Translations under genes and position numbers: made by a program | In this document: one piece after another, positions 1 to 12,225 of the stretch | Layout: each line of letters starts with the position of its first letter | Position numbering within the stretch: position 1 is the first letter of the stretch | NCBI RefSeq assembly: GCF_947495205.1 | Contig: NZ_CANLXV010000009.1 | Location: 1,243 to 65,242 of the forward strand | DNA length: 64,000 nt | Reading direction: 5' to 3' | Source of the DNA: an uncultured Polaribacter sp. | GTDB lineage: Bacteria; Bacteroidota; Bacteroidia; Flavobacteriales; Flavobacteriaceae | Notes under the pieces: generated by a model | Told to the model about the DNA's origin: nothing | Databases searched by the model: none | Seen by the model: only the letters and a program-made list of their open reading frames with translations

Positions 1-1727
1 GTTAAATTACTTTCTTGAGCTGTTTTTTGTAAAAATTGAAATAATTGTAAGCTATTTAATTTTTGATTTTGGACTGGAATAAATATGGTTCCATATTCAA
101 AATTTGTACCTTGATTAGAAAAGTTTTTCATGGCAACTTTAGCTCTTATGCCTTTTTGCAAGATTGCATTTAATGCTTTTGGAGTATAATATTCGTTCCA
201 AGGCATTAAATACCCATAATTACTTTTAATGGAAACCGTACCTTTTTGCATTTTTAAATCTACAATTTCTGAACCTGCTTTAGAAAGTGAAATATTTTCT
301 GCATAATCTACACCAAAAGCATGATTGAAGGTCCATGCAGAAACATCATAAAATAAACTGTCTTTAAAAGTGGTACGAACATTAAACATTGCTTGTACCA
401 AACGTTGATTTTTCTGATTCATTGGAACCATATAACTGTAGTCTTTTTTAAAGTTTTTTCCGTTTTTTGAAAAATCTTCTTTAACTTGATGAATTTTAAT
501 TTGATGTCTTTTTAAAACCTCTGCTAGATGATAACTTTTTGCGGCATCTTTTTCATCACCAAAAACAATGGCTTTTTTACTACCTGTGTTTCTAGATTCT
601 TTGTAAAAATCTTGTTGATATTGTAAAATTTTTATGCGCATATTTTGTGCAGCTTCTAAAGTAGAAAGTGCTGCTGTAAATTGATTTCTAATTGTAAAAG
701 GGAAGGTTAAAATTCCGTTTACAGTTTCTTGAGCATGACCTCTAGAACTGGCTTGCTCAAATAAAATACCTATGCTACCATTAATATCTGGAAAAGTAGA
801 GCCTTTGCCGTAATAAAAATCATCGAAACTTTCTTCTGAATAGTATAATGAACCTATTTTATCTAATGCTTTTGCATGATATGTACCAATTTCTCTGGTT
901 AGATCTTGGTTTAATTGTGGTGTTAACGGGTTTGTTCTGCTTGGAATTCCTGGTTGAAAAAAGAAACTGGAATTGCTACCCATTTCATGATGATCTGTTA
1001 AAATGTTTGGCAACCATTTATGAAAACTTTCTATTCTTGCTTTGCTTTCTGGCAATTGCACAGGTAGCCAATCTCTATTCATATCAAACTGATAATGATT
1101 GGTTCTGCCACGTGGCCAAATCTCTGTATATTCCCTATCATTTGGATCTGGATTTATATTTTTGCTTCTATTGGTATTTGCCCAATATGCAAAACGTTGT
1201 AAACCGTCTGGATTTAAAGATGGATCTAATAAAATTACTGTATTTTTTAATAAATTATCAATATTGTTACCTTCTGCTGCCGCTAAATAATATGCCACTG
1301 CCATTGCTGCGTTAGAACCACTTGCCTCATTACCGTGTATAGAAAAACCTTGATAAATCACAATTGGGTTTTTAGAAACATCTACAGTATTATTATTTGT
1401 AGCTCTTATATGATTTTCTCTTATTTCTTTTAAATTTTTATGGTTTTTTGCTGATGTAATTGTGAGCAACAACAATGGTCTGTCTTCAAAAGTTTTTCCT
1501 CTATTTTCTATTGAAATTCTATCTGAAGATGCCGCCAACACTTTCATATATTCCACCAACTTATCATGTGTAATGTGCCACTCACCTACTTCATGACCAA
1601 TTACAGATTTTGGTGTTGGTATTTGTGAATTATAGGTAACATTTGTTGGCAAATAGTAAGATAAATCTACTTTTTGGGCAATTGCAGAAAAAGATACTAG
1701 TAAAAAAAAACATATAAGTTTTCTCAT
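1..1727 (-). CDS. M14-family zinc carboxypeptidase, secreted; the 3' end runs off the left window edge
   Basis: Absent from the ORF track because it is edge-truncated. My minus-strand translation from the ATG at 1727 gives MRKLICFFLLVSFSAIAQKVD (signal peptide) ... GFSIHGNEASGSNAAMAVAYYLAAAEGNNI ... and is still open at position 3. HGNE fits the M14 HxxE zinc motif. Confidence 0.8.
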   Translation of the reverse strand, partial: MRKLICFFLLVSFSAIAQKVDLSYYLPTNVTYNSQIPTPKSVIGHEVGEWHITHDKLVEYMKVLAASSDRISIENRGKTFEDRPLLLLTITSAKNHKNLKEIRENHIRATNNNTVDVSKNPIVIYQGFSIHGNEASGSNAAMAVAYYLAAAEGNNIDNLLKNTVILLDPSLNPDGLQRFAYWANTNRSKNINPDPNDREYTEIWPRGRTNHYQFDMNRDWLPVQLPESKARIESFHKWLPNILTDHHEMGSNSSFFFQPGIPSRTNPLTPQLNQDLTREIGTYHAKALDKIGSLYYSEESFDDFYYGKGSTFPDINGSIGILFEQASSRGHAQETVNGILTFPFTIRNQFTAALSTLEAAQNMRIKILQYQQDFYKESRNTGSKKAIVFGDEKDAAKSYHLAEVLKRHQIKIHQVKEDFSKNGKNFKKDYSYMVPMNQKNQRLVQAMFNVRTTFKDSLFYDVSAWTFNHAFGVDYAENISLSKAGSEIVDLKMQKGTVSIKSNYGYLMPWNEYYTPKALNAILQKGIRAKVAMKNFSNQGTNFEYGTIFIPVQNQKLNSLQLFQFLQKTAQESNL

Positions 1728-1885
1728 TTTTAAAGATTTCGATTTGTAATTCTTCAAATATAGCGAATCAAATACAGGAAACTGAACTCTTTAACAATGC
1801 TTTAAGATATATAGCAACTTCTTAAAAATTACTTTTTACTTTTTTTTTAAGGATATCTAAAAAGGAATCTTTTTAATTTCGTAAA

Positions 1886-2608
1886 ATGAAACAAACTACA
1901 CTGCTTTTAATACTATTTACTTGTACAATTTACAACACTTGTTTATTTGCTCAAAAAACAGCAACTTCTAAACCTTTTTACGAATACAAAAAGGGAGATG
2001 TTAATGGAATTGGAAAATGGTATTTGGGTAGAGAAATTGCCTATGTTATGGGTTTTCAAGGTATAAATTGGTTGGAAAGATCTTCTAGAGAAAAAGAAGA
2101 AAGTACAGGTACTTTAATTAAAAACATGAATATACAAAGTACAGATTGTATTGCAGATATTGGTGCAGGCTCTGGATACCATGTTTTTAAAATGGCGCCA
2201 CTGGTTAATAAAGGAAAAATGTTTGCTGTAGATATTCAAATAGAAATGCTAAATGCAATCAACAACAATAAAAAATTTGATGATTACAAAAACATAACGC
2301 TTGTAAAAGGTGCAGAAAAAAGTACAAACTTAAAAGAAAATGCCGTTGATAAAATTTTAATGGTAGATGTTTATCACGAATTTAGTTTTCCTAGAGAAAT
2401 GCTTTCTTCAATTTATACCGCTCTGAAAAAAGATGGCGAACTATTTTTAATAGAATACAGACTAGAAGATGCTAGTGTTCCCATAAAAAAAATTCATAAA
2501 ATGACCCAAAAACAAGCTGTTAAAGAGTTTAAAGCTGCTGGTTTTAAGTTGAAAAAAAACCTTACTAATTTACCTTGGCAACATTGTATGGTTTTTATAA
2601 AAGAATGA
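1886..2608 (+). CDS. class I SAM-dependent methyltransferase with N-terminal signal peptide
   Basis: 240-aa ORF. DIGAGSGYH glycine-rich SAM-binding motif and hydrophobic N-terminus. Confidence 0.7.
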   Translation: MKQTTLLLILFTCTIYNTCLFAQKTATSKPFYEYKKGDVNGIGKWYLGREIAYVMGFQGINWLERSSREKEESTGTLIKNMNIQSTDCIADIGAGSGYHVFKMAPLVNKGKMFAVDIQIEMLNAINNNKKFDDYKNITLVKGAEKSTNLKENAVDKILMVDVYHEFSFPREMLSSIYTALKKDGELFLIEYRLEDASVPIKKIHKMTQKQAVKEFKAAGFKLKKNLTNLPWQHCMVFIKE

Positions 2609-2610
2609 AA

Positions 2611-4707
2611 CTAACTAATATTAGACCAAATTTTAGAGGTTCTTGTAACTTTTGCAAACGTATTTCTAATAACTAAATTTTCTGGTTTTTCTAAATTAGG
2701 ATCTTCTTGCAATACGGAAATTGCTGTATTCCTAGCAGCAACCAAAATTTTAGAATCTTTTACAACATCTGCAATTTTAAGATTTAGAACACCACTTTGT
2801 TGGGTTCCCATAATATTTCCTGGTCCACGCAATTTTAAATCTACCTCTGCAATTTTAAAACCATCTGTAGTTTCTACCATAGTTTTTAAACGGGTTTTTC
2901 CTTCTGTAGATAATTTATAGCTAGATAATAAAATGCAATAACTTTGGTCTGCACCTCTACCTACCCTACCTCTTAATTGGTGCAATTGAGAAAGCCCAAA
3001 ACGTTCTGCACTTTCAATAATCATAACACTTGCATTAGGTACATTTACGCCCACTTCTATAACTGTAGTTGCTACCATTATTTGCGTTTCTCCGTTTACA
3101 AAACGTTGCATTTCAAAATCTTTGTCTGCTGGTTTCATTTTACCATGCACAATACTTATTTGGTATTTTGGCGTTGGAAATTCTCTAGAAACACTCTCAA
3201 AACCATCCATTAAATCTTTATAATCCATGGCTTCAGATTCTTCAATTAAAGGGTATACAATATAAACCTGACGTCCTTTTTCTATTTCATCTTTCATAAA
3301 TTTAAAAATAGAAAGTCTATTGCTATCAAACCTGTGCACTGTTTTTACTTGTTTTCTTCCTGGTGGAAGCTCATCAATAACAGAAATGTCTAAATCTCCA
3401 TAGACAGACATTGCCAAAGTTCTTGGTATTGGAGTAGCTGTCATTACCAAAATGTGCGGTGGCAGTGTGTTTTTAGTCCATAATTTTGCTCTTTGTTTTA
3501 CACCAAATCTATGTTGTTCATCTATAATAGCAATTCCTAGATTTTTAAATTGTACCTTATCTTCTAATAAGGCATGTGTGCCCACCAAAATATGCAAACT
3601 TCCATCTTCTAAATTTGCGTGAATTTCTCTACGTTTTTTAACTTTTACAGAACCTGTTAAAATAGCTACGTTAATATTCATGCCTGCTAACAATTCTGAA
3701 ACTGCCGTAAAATGCTGATTTGCTAAAATTTCTGTGGGCGCCATAATTGTAGCCTGAAAACCATTATCTATTGCCAACAACATACTTAATAAGGCAACAA
3801 TGGTTTTACCAGAACCAACATCACCTTGTAAAAGCCTATTCATGTGTGCACCAGAAGCTACATCTTTTCTTACTTCTTTTAAAACTCTTTTTTGTGCATT
3901 TGTTAAATTGAAAGGTAATTTTTCTGCATAAAACTGATTAAAAATTGCACCTACATTTTCAAATACAAAACCTTTTATTTTATTTTTATTGATGAGTTTT
4001 TTGCGTACCAATTGTAATTGTATGTAAAATAACTCTTCAAACTTTAGTCTGTTTTGGGCTTTCGCCAAATTTTCTTGACTTTTAGGAAAATGTACATTTA
4101 AGTAGGCATCTCTTTTATTCATCAACTTAAAATCTGCTAAAATTTCTGTTGATAAACTTTCTTGAATAGCATCATAAAACTGCTGTAATAAATTCTGAAT
4201 GTAATTTCGCATCAATTTATTGGAAACACCAGCATTGGTTAATTTTTCTGTTGAAGGATACACAGGTTGCATTTTTGTTTGCAACTTTTTTTTATACTCG
4301 GAAACCAACTCCATTTCTGGATGTGGCATACTAAAACTGCCATTATAATGATTCAGTTTGCCATAAACCACATAAGGTTCATTAATTTTTAAGGAATCTT
4401 TTAACCACTTTTGGCCTCTAAACCAAACCAATTCCATAGTACCTGTAGTATCTTGAAAAGTAGCCACTAACCTACTGCCTCTTTTCTGTGCAACCGATTT
4501 TAAACTGGTTATTTTACCTACAATTTGCACTTCAGAAGAATTGGATTGTAAATCTTTTATGGTATAAAACTGGGTTTTATCTATATATCTAAAGGGGAAA
4601 AAATTTAATAAATCATTACAGGTTTTTATACCTAATTCTGCCTGCAATAAAGAAGCTCTTTGCACGCTAATGCCATTAATATATGTGATTGGGTTTTCTA
4701 AATTCAA
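2611..4707 (-). CDS. recG: ATP-dependent DNA helicase RecG
   Basis: 698 aa. Walker A GDVGSGKT, DEQHRFG box, helicase C motifs (QLRGRVGRG) and an N-terminal wedge/OB region. Confidence 0.93.
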   Translation of the reverse strand: MNLENPITYINGISVQRASLLQAELGIKTCNDLLNFFPFRYIDKTQFYTIKDLQSNSSEVQIVGKITSLKSVAQKRGSRLVATFQDTTGTMELVWFRGQKWLKDSLKINEPYVVYGKLNHYNGSFSMPHPEMELVSEYKKKLQTKMQPVYPSTEKLTNAGVSNKLMRNYIQNLLQQFYDAIQESLSTEILADFKLMNKRDAYLNVHFPKSQENLAKAQNRLKFEELFYIQLQLVRKKLINKNKIKGFVFENVGAIFNQFYAEKLPFNLTNAQKRVLKEVRKDVASGAHMNRLLQGDVGSGKTIVALLSMLLAIDNGFQATIMAPTEILANQHFTAVSELLAGMNINVAILTGSVKVKKRREIHANLEDGSLHILVGTHALLEDKVQFKNLGIAIIDEQHRFGVKQRAKLWTKNTLPPHILVMTATPIPRTLAMSVYGDLDISVIDELPPGRKQVKTVHRFDSNRLSIFKFMKDEIEKGRQVYIVYPLIEESEAMDYKDLMDGFESVSREFPTPKYQISIVHGKMKPADKDFEMQRFVNGETQIMVATTVIEVGVNVPNASVMIIESAERFGLSQLHQLRGRVGRGADQSYCILLSSYKLSTEGKTRLKTMVETTDGFKIAEVDLKLRGPGNIMGTQQSGVLNLKIADVVKDSKILVAARNTAISVLQEDPNLEKPENLVIRNTFAKVTRTSKIWSNIS

Positions 4708-4903
4708 TTTTTAAATCTATAATGAACGAAATTAAAATAATTTATACGAACTATTTTAAATAAAAAGTGTTTTTAAGAAAAAATGTAAGAAAACTAGGTA
4801 ACATTTGACTATTACAAGACTGAAAGTGCATGTATTAAGGTATAATATTAATATAATTTGTATTTTCGCTATTAAGATATTTTAAAATTAAAATTAGCTA
4901 TCA

Positions 4904-7900
4904 ATGAAACTATCTGGAGAAATAACTCGTTTGAGAAAAATTAGTGTAATACTTTTTATTTTAATTTCAATCAACACTTATTCACAGTTTTTACATAGGA
5001 GTTGTGATAATGGTGCTTCAAGCTTTAATTGGAGCACAACACCAACTGGTAATAATAATTTTGACTGGGTTGATGGAGATTTAACAAATACACTTAATAA
5101 TGTAGATGGCAGCGGTATAAATATTACCTACACTTTTTCTGGAGAAACTACTGCTTTAGGTCAGTGGTTGGGAAGCACATCCACAACAAACTCTCCTGCT
5201 GTTGGTATAGATGCAGAACCTGCTGAGGCATTACAATTTTTTACAAATGGTTTTACAACAGGAGCTGGTGTAACAATTACAATAGAATTTAGTACACCTG
5301 TATTTTCTGTTGGTTTTGATTTGTTACATATAAACGGAAACGGAACTAATGGAGACAGATTTACAATTACAGCTATAGATACTTTTAACAATACAATTTT
5401 CCCGACATTTACTAACGCTTTGAACCCCTCATACACGTCAGATGAAAATACAGGAGTTATAGATTCTAATAATAGTGCTTCTGCAACCGGAGATGATGAC
5501 AATATTGGAGTAAATTTTTCTGATAACGAAAAAATAAACTCAATTACCATTGTTTGGCAAGACTGTACAGCTTGTACAGTTGGTGCAGTTCACGGAAGTG
5601 GTATTTCTGGATTAACTTTTTGTGAAAATTTTGATGATGTAGATGGAGACGGCGTTGCAGATAACGTAGATATTGATAATGATAACGATGGTATTTTAGA
5701 TATAGTAGAAGGAGCTTGTCCTGGAACTCCATTCACAACTACACCCGATAGAATTATCGTAAATAATGGTGGTACTGGAGCTTTACAAAGTATAGATGTT
5801 TCTACTTTAGGCCTAGAGGTTGGCAATTTAATTTCTGTTAGTAATGTGAGAGCAAGAGGAGATATTGATGGAGGTGGAGCAAATGAAACTTTTAGTTTAA
5901 ATTTTAACAACAACATTATAGATAGTGACTTATTTGTTAATACTGCCCAATGTAGTAATACTTTAGATGCTGTTTTTCCGCAAGTAAATAGAACATTAAC
6001 AGTAATTGATATTGGAGGTGGAACCCCAGGTATTACAATTCAAGCAACAACAGCTTCGGGTGTCGGTAATTTTTGTAATGATGGAGGTGCTTTTGCATTA
6101 GAATATACAGTTGATTTAAATTGTGTAACATCCAGAGATACAGATAATGATGGTGTTCCAGATTATTTAGATTTAGATTCAGATAATGATGGTATTCCAG
6201 ACAATATTGAAGCACAATCTACAAATGGTTATGTAGCACCTTCTGGTTTAGATTTTGATAGAGATGGATTAGATAATGCTTATGATGATACACCTTCAGG
6301 AAGCACTACAGGTATAGGTTCTAATGGAATTACACCTCAAAATTCAGACAATTTAGATAATCCAGATTATTTGGCCTTAGATTCAGATAATGATGGAATT
6401 GATGACGTGGTAGAATCAGGAAGTGGTTTAGCAGAATCTGGAGGTCAAGTTACAGGCACTGTAGGTACAAATGGTTTAGTTAATACTTTAGAGAATGCAG
6501 ATGATTATACAGACCCAAATGGATCTTTTGACAACACACAATTTGATAACTTTCCAGATTCTGATGGAGATATAAGTACAGGTGGTGATGCAGATTATAG
6601 GGATGTACCAGGAATAGATACAGATAACGATGGTGTTATTGATAGTGTAGATTTAGATGACGACAATGATGGTATTCTTGATACCGAAGAAGACTTTGGC
6701 TGTAATCTTATAGTAAATTTTGGATTTGAAGAAAGTTCAGCGCCTAATCTTGGAAATAATAGAGATGCAAATATTTCTCCATGGTCCAATATTGGAAGAA
6801 CAAATGTAATAAGGGTAGATGGTACCACAAATTATATGAATGGACCTAATTTTGATGCACGAGGTGGTGCTGGAAATTATTATGATATTGTAGGTGGTGG
6901 TAGTATTTATCAAACATTTACAATTGGTTCAGCAAGTTTAGTAAGATATGGTGGTTATTTTTCTGCAAGAGATGGAAGAACAAATATTTCTGGAGCCGAT
7001 ATTTTAATTAGGAATGGTTCTGGTAATACAGGAACAATAGTATCCTCATTAGGCAATCAGACGGTAACAAATGATTCTTCTTGGGATTTTTTCGAAGAAA
7101 CTACCTTTTTATCAGCAGGCACATATACTTTTGAAGTTATTATAGATAATTCTTTTAATTTTGACGAATGTTTTTTTGAATATTTAACTGGTTGTGATGC
7201 AGATAGCGATGGTATTCCAAATTCATTAGATTTAGATTCTGATAATGATGGTATTCCAGATGTTATAGAAGCTGGAGGTACAGATGCAAATAATGATGGT
7301 AAAGCAGATGGCGCTGTTGGTACTTCTGGAAACGTACAAGGTGTGCCAAGTTCTACAAATAATGGTACAGGAAACACCCCAACCAACTCAGATGGAGACA
7401 CTATACCAGATTTCTTAGATATCGATGCAGATAACGATGGTATTACAGATAATATAGAAGGGCAAACAACCAATGGATATATTGCCCCAAGTGGCGTAGG
7501 TCCTGGGATAACAGATGTCAACCAAAATGGAGTAGACGATAATTATGAAACAGAAGGTAATATTGGTGTAAACCCTACAAATACAGACAATGCAGATAAT
7601 CCCGATTATCAAGATACAAATGCAGATAATGATGTATTTACTGATGTCGATGAAAACGGAGACGCTGATCCTTTTGCACTAGCAGATTCCGATGGAGATG
7701 GTTTAATAGATGCTTTTGATGATAATGATGACTCTGGTATTTCTGGGTCTACTGTAAACGATGGAGTTACACCTACAACTAAAATTACAAATACCACAGA
7801 TATTGTGAATGTTTTTGGAGATGCAGATGGTGACATTGGAACAGGAGGAAATGTTGACTATAGAGATGTGCCAGGTTTAGATTCCGATAACGACGGTATT

Positions 7901-10900
7901 GCAGATGTAGACGATTTAGATGATGATAATGATGGTATTTTAGATACTGTAGAAGATGCCTGTGCTTCATTTAGAACACCTGTAAGACAGCTAGCAAATA
8001 ACGGACCAGTTACAGACTCACAAAACATTGATTTATCTTCTTTAGGAGTAATTATTGGAAGTCAAGTAACTTTAAATAACTTGTTAGCTGACGGAGATTT
8101 AACCAATCCTGGTACTGAAGTGTTTTCATTAAGCATAAACTCTGGTACCCCTATTACAGGTTTGCAAACCGGAGTAGATTGTAACGGGAGTTTAATTCCT
8201 GTTACATCACCTATTACAGAAACAGTAACTGTTATTGATATAGGGTCTGGAATACCTGGTATATCATTAGAAATTAGTTATCCTGCAGATGTAGATTTTT
8301 GTCCATTTAGGTTAGAATATACCGTTGATATTGCTCCTGTTTCTTGTGGTGCCCCTTTAGATACAGATGGAGATGGAATCCCAAACTCATTAGATCTAGA
8401 TTCCGATAACGATGGTATTCCAGATGTTATAGAGGCAGGAGGTACAGATGCAGATAGAGATGGTAGAGCTGATGGAACTGTTGGCACTACAATTACTACC
8501 AATGGAATACCAAGCTCTGCAGGAACAGGAAATACACCACCAAATTCAGATAGCGATAGCATTCCAAACTATTTAGATATCGATGCAGATAACGATGGTA
8601 TTCCAGACAATATAGAAGCACAAACTACAAACGGCTATACTGCACCAAGTGGAATAGCTAATGGTATTACAGACGTTAATAATAATGGTGTAGATGACAA
8701 TTATGAAACAGAAGCATTAATTGGTTTAAACCCTGTAAACACAGATAATACCGATAACCCAGATTATATAGACACAGATACAGATAATGATGGCGTTTTA
8801 GATATTGATGAAAACGGAGATGGAGATACTTTTAATATAACAGATACAGATGGAGATGGGTTAGTAGACGCTTTTGATGATAATATTGGTTTTATAGTAA
8901 ACGATAACCATAACCCACCAGGACCAGCTAATTTAGGTGATATAGATAATGATGCAAGCAGCCCTTTTGGGGATGTAGATTATAGAGATACTCCAGATGC
9001 CCAAGGTACACCAATGATAACTCAAGTATATCAATTTGATAGCGAAAGGTGGATAGAAATTACGAACATTAGTACAACCAATTCAATAGATGCCTATACG
9101 GTAAAAATTCAATTGTATAAAAATAGATCAGGAGATCAAACAGGTGTTGTGCCAGATGTGGCTTTTACTATTCCATCAGTCATACAACCTGGTCAATCTG
9201 TTTTATTTAGAGATGGAAATACCGTTTCAAGAAACATCACAAATACGGTTGCTACAAACCCCACTGTTGCTGCTTCTGTTATAGAAAACAATGCTATAAC
9301 CGCTATTGCTGATGCTAACGATATCATTACTTTATCTACCTCCATTTTTATAGATTCTTGGGAAAATCGTTATGATGTAGTGCAACAAGTTCCTAATAAA
9401 ACATCTTTTGTAAGAATAGATGAAACATTAGTACCTAATGTAACGTACACACCAGAAGAATGGGTTGTATTTATAGATGATGCATTAGATCCTTTTGAGT
9501 TTTTATCTACAGTAGCAGAAAGACACCCACATGATCCTTTAATCTCAGAAATCGAAAACGCTAATACAGATGCTAACACTTTATTAGGTTTACATCGAAT
9601 AGAAAAAACAACGAGAACAGCTGGTAGTTGGAACAACGGTTTCCCAGATAGATCTAGATTTGTGTCTATAGATGAGAATTACAATCACCAAAATGTAAGA
9701 CTGAGTGCACGTAAACTAGAAGTGTTAAATACTAATATTTTAGCTTTAGACAGTCAATTTTTAGTAGTTACAAACAATGTAAATATTGCAGACAATGCAG
9801 AGATTCGCTTAGTTGGTAGCAGCCAATTTATTCAAACCCATTTAGGAGGATCAGATATTTCTGGAAACGGTAAATTATATGTAGAGCAAAACTCTACTTT
9901 AGCAAATATTTACAGATATAATTATATGAGTTCTCCTGTAACTTCATTAAATACTGCCGCTACTTATACTGTAGAAGATGTTTTAAAAGATGGTACAAAT
10001 CCAGTATCATTTGCAGGTACTGTTGGTCAAGGAAGTACAGATATTGCTAGAGATATTAACTTTGTAGGTGGTTTTGATGGTAGCTTTGGTACACCAATAA
10101 ATATTGCAGATTATTGGATTTACGCTTTTTCTAGTGCGAACGGACAAAGAGCTAATTGGATTCAGAAATTTAAAGCTGGAATTATGAATAACACAGAAGG
10201 TTTTATATTTAAAGGTCCAGAAGTAGCACAAAACTATACATTTGTTGGAAACCCTAATGATGGTGATCTAAACGCATCTGTTGGTGCTAATGAGTCTTAC
10301 CTTTTAGGAAACCCTTACCCATCTTCTTTAAATGCTTTAAAATTTATAAAAGACAATTTAAACTCTATAGATGGTAGCGTGTATTTATGGGATCATGTTG
10401 GTGAGCAAGAAACAAGTGTCACAGATTCAAGAGGCCATAATTACAGAGGTTATGTAGGTGGCTATGCAACCATAAACCTTTCCATGTCTGTTGGCGCTTT
10501 AGGTTCAGCATCTGCTGCTGCTGCTGGTCCTTTTAATATTTCTATTGAAGCAGAAAATGCTGTAACAAATTCAACAACAGTAACAGACGGTGCACTAGAT
10601 GTGGTAACATTAAATAACGCTGCAGACTTTATACAATTCGATAGAATTACAAGAGCTACTGATAAAATTACATTAAGTTATAAAGCAAACACTACCAAAG
10701 GAATAAGAGTATTAGTAAACAATGTAGCAATAGGAAATTATGATTTAGACCCTAGTGGCAATGTTTACGCAGATTTTGATATTATAAGTTGTTTACCTGT
10801 TGGAGCCACCATTAGAATTGAATCTTTAGACGGTAATAATTTATCTTTAGATAAAATTAGTATTAGTGATGATGATGGTTTTATAAGTTGTGTTCCTTCC

Positions 10901-11818
10901 GCAGGATCAGATGCATCACTATTTAAAACACCAGGAACATATTTACCTATTGGTCAAGGTTTCTTTATTGGAGGAGATAGCAATGGTGGCCCAATAGTAT
11001 TTGACAATAGTCAAAGAGAATTTGTTTCAGAAGCCTCTGGAAATGCAGTATTCTTTAAATCAGGAAAAAAAGCTAAAGAAAATAACCAAAGTGCCAAATT
11101 TAAAAATGGAGACTTTAACAGACTGCCTTCTATTAAGTTAAGTATGGACTTTATGAATACTGAAGGAATAAGTTTAAAAAGACAAATAGGAGTTTCTTTT
11201 AGTAGTAACAATTCATTTGCGTTTGACAAAGGATATGACAGCCCTATTCTAGATTTAGGAGCTACAGATATGTATTGGAAATTTGAACAAGAAGAGGCAA
11301 AACTTGTAATTGCAGGTATTCAAAGTTTCTCTAAAGGTTTACAAATTCCTTTTGATGTTGTTATAGATTATGATGGCACTAACATTTTTAAAATAGATGA
11401 TATTTTTAATATTGATAGTGAAGTTTACCTTTTAGATAAGTTAACCAATAAAACGCAACTAATTTCTAAAGAAAATGAAGTTGGTTTACAGTTAAAAAAA
11501 GGAGTTTATACAGAACGATTTGCGCTTGTATTTAAAGAAAACACGGTATTAAATACAGAAAATACACAAGCAATTGCAAACGAAAATATAGCTGTTTACT
11601 TAGATGGAGGTTCAAATGAATTAGTCATTGAAAACAAACACAATCAAACTATTAATAAGGTAATAATTTACAATATATTAGGACAAAAAGTTTCTTCTTG
11701 GAACAATTTAGAATCTGCTACAGAAAACAGATTAAAAGTAAATAAATTATCAGAAACTATTTATATTGTAAATATAGAAACAGACAAAGGGTTTGTAAGT
11801 AAAAAGATAAAATTCTAG
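4904..11818 (+). CDS. giant secreted surface protein with thrombospondin type-3-like Ca-binding repeats, a lamin-tail-like domain and a T9SS C-terminal sorting domain
   Basis: 2304-aa ORF with a signal/anchor N-terminus. It has dozens of DxDxDGxxDxxD motifs ([16 protein letters not shown]). An LTD-like segment reads [10 protein letters not shown]...YTVKIQLY. The C-terminal about 80 aa ([11 protein letters not shown]...[19 protein letters not shown]) looks like a Por/T9SS tail. Confidence 0.85.
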   Translation: MKLSGEITRLRKISVILFILISINTYSQFLHRSCDNGASSFNWSTTPTGNNNFDWVDGDLTNTLNNVDGSGINITYTFSGETTALGQWLGSTSTTNSPAVGIDAEPAEALQFFTNGFTTGAGVTITIEFSTPVFSVGFDLLHINGNGTNGDRFTITAIDTFNNTIFPTFTNALNPSYTSDENTGVIDSNNSASATGDDDNIGVNFSDNEKINSITIVWQDCTACTVGAVHGSGISGLTFCENFDDVDGDGVADNVDIDNDNDGILDIVEGACPGTPFTTTPDRIIVNNGGTGALQSIDVSTLGLEVGNLISVSNVRARGDIDGGGANETFSLNFNNNIIDSDLFVNTAQCSNTLDAVFPQVNRTLTVIDIGGGTPGITIQATTASGVGNFCNDGGAFALEYTVDLNCVTSRDTDNDGVPDYLDLDSDNDGIPDNIEAQSTNGYVAPSGLDFDRDGLDNAYDDTPSGSTTGIGSNGITPQNSDNLDNPDYLALDSDNDGIDDVVESGSGLAESGGQVTGTVGTNGLVNTLENADDYTDPNGSFDNTQFDNFPDSDGDISTGGDADYRDVPGIDTDNDGVIDSVDLDDDNDGILDTEEDFGCNLIVNFGFEESSAPNLGNNRDANISPWSNIGRTNVIRVDGTTNYMNGPNFDARGGAGNYYDIVGGGSIYQTFTIGSASLVRYGGYFSARDGRTNISGADILIRNGSGNTGTIVSSLGNQTVTNDSSWDFFEETTFLSAGTYTFEVIIDNSFNFDECFFEYLTGCDADSDGIPNSLDLDSDNDGIPDVIEAGGTDANNDGKADGAVGTSGNVQGVPSSTNNGTGNTPTNSDGDTIPDFLDIDADNDGITDNIEGQTTNGYIAPSGVGPGITDVNQNGVDDNYETEGNIGVNPTNTDNADNPDYQDTNADNDVFTDVDENGDADPFALADSDGDGLIDAFDDNDDSGISGSTVNDGVTPTTKITNTTDIVNVFGDADGDIGTGGNVDYRDVPGLDSDNDGIADVDDLDDDNDGILDTVEDACASFRTPVRQLANNGPVTDSQNIDLSSLGVIIGSQVTLNNLLADGDLTNPGTEVFSLSINSGTPITGLQTGVDCNGSLIPVTSPITETVTVIDIGSGIPGISLEISYPADVDFCPFRLEYTVDIAPVSCGAPLDTDGDGIPNSLDLDSDNDGIPDVIEAGGTDADRDGRADGTVGTTITTNGIPSSAGTGNTPPNSDSDSIPNYLDIDADNDGIPDNIEAQTTNGYTAPSGIANGITDVNNNGVDDNYETEALIGLNPVNTDNTDNPDYIDTDTDNDGVLDIDENGDGDTFNITDTDGDGLVDAFDDNIGFIVNDNHNPPGPANLGDIDNDASSPFGDVDYRDTPDAQGTPMITQVYQFDSERWIEITNISTTNSIDAYTVKIQLYKNRSGDQTGVVPDVAFTIPSVIQPGQSVLFRDGNTVSRNITNTVATNPTVAASVIENNAITAIADANDIITLSTSIFIDSWENRYDVVQQVPNKTSFVRIDETLVPNVTYTPEEWVVFIDDALDPFEFLSTVAERHPHDPLISEIENANTDANTLLGLHRIEKTTRTAGSWNNGFPDRSRFVSIDENYNHQNVRLSARKLEVLNTNILALDSQFLVVTNNVNIADNAEIRLVGSSQFIQTHLGGSDISGNGKLYVEQNSTLANIYRYNYMSSPVTSLNTAATYTVEDVLKDGTNPVSFAGTVGQGSTDIARDINFVGGFDGSFGTPINIADYWIYAFSSANGQRANWIQKFKAGIMNNTEGFIFKGPEVAQNYTFVGNPNDGDLNASVGANESYLLGNPYPSSLNALKFIKDNLNSIDGSVYLWDHVGEQETSVTDSRGHNYRGYVGGYATINLSMSVGALGSASAAAAGPFNISIEAENAVTNSTTVTDGALDVVTLNNAADFIQFDRITRATDKITLSYKANTTKGIRVLVNNVAIGNYDLDPSGNVYADFDIISCLPVGATIRIESLDGNNLSLDKISISDDDGFISCVPSAGSDASLFKTPGTYLPIGQGFFIGGDSNGGPIVFDNSQREFVSEASGNAVFFKSGKKAKENNQSAKFKNGDFNRLPSIKLSMDFMNTEGISLKRQIGVSFSSNNSFAFDKGYDSPILDLGATDMYWKFEQEEAKLVIAGIQSFSKGLQIPFDVVIDYDGTNIFKIDDIFNIDSEVYLLDKLTNKTQLISKENEVGLQLKKGVYTERFALVFKENTVLNTENTQAIANENIAVYLDGGSNELVIENKHNQTINKVIIYNILGQKVSSWNNLESATENRLKVNKLSETIYIVNIETDKGFVSKKIKF

Positions 11819-11850
11819 ATACTAAAGAAAATTCTTTTCAAATAACTACA

Positions 11851-11886
11851 AAAGGTCTTTAAATTAAATTTTAAAGACCTTTTTTA
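11851..11886 (+). terminator. intrinsic terminator after the giant surface protein gene
   Basis: 13-bp perfect stem aaaggtctttaaa / tttaaagaccttt, loop ttaaat, followed by a T-run. Confidence 0.6.
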
Positions 11887-12225
11887 ATTTTATAAAGCGA
11901 AAACAGATATTTAAACAAAAGAATTCGTACTAACTATAAAACGTGGGGCGAAATTAATTAACTATTACATGTTTTTATAAACCATTTTTATAAACAAAAA
12001 TGTAGCTCTTTTTGAGCATATGCTGTTTATATATTTTATTGGTTTTTTTAAATCAAAATCTAAAAATTATAAACAAGGAAAATAATAAAAATGAAACTTC
12101 AAAAACATTATAAAGCCACTATTTAAGGTGCTGTAATTTATCTTTATTTACATAGATTTTAATAACAGATTTACAAAATTTATTTATTAATTATTTGATT
12201 TTTAGTATATTTAAATCAAAAAACT

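Noticed and set aside
848-1315. Plus-strand ORFs 848..1315 and 1099..1290 from the ORF track
   Set aside because: They are antisense to a continuous minus-strand reading frame (1-1727) with clear M14 peptidase motifs. Their own translations are low-complexity and hydrophobic with no motifs.
5161-11229. About a dozen minus-strand ORFs (60-154 aa) inside the giant surface protein gene
   Set aside because: They are artefacts of the antisense of Asp/Gly/Asn codon repeats (Ser/Pro/Ile-rich nonsense) and are fully nested in a 2304-aa ORF with recognisable domains.
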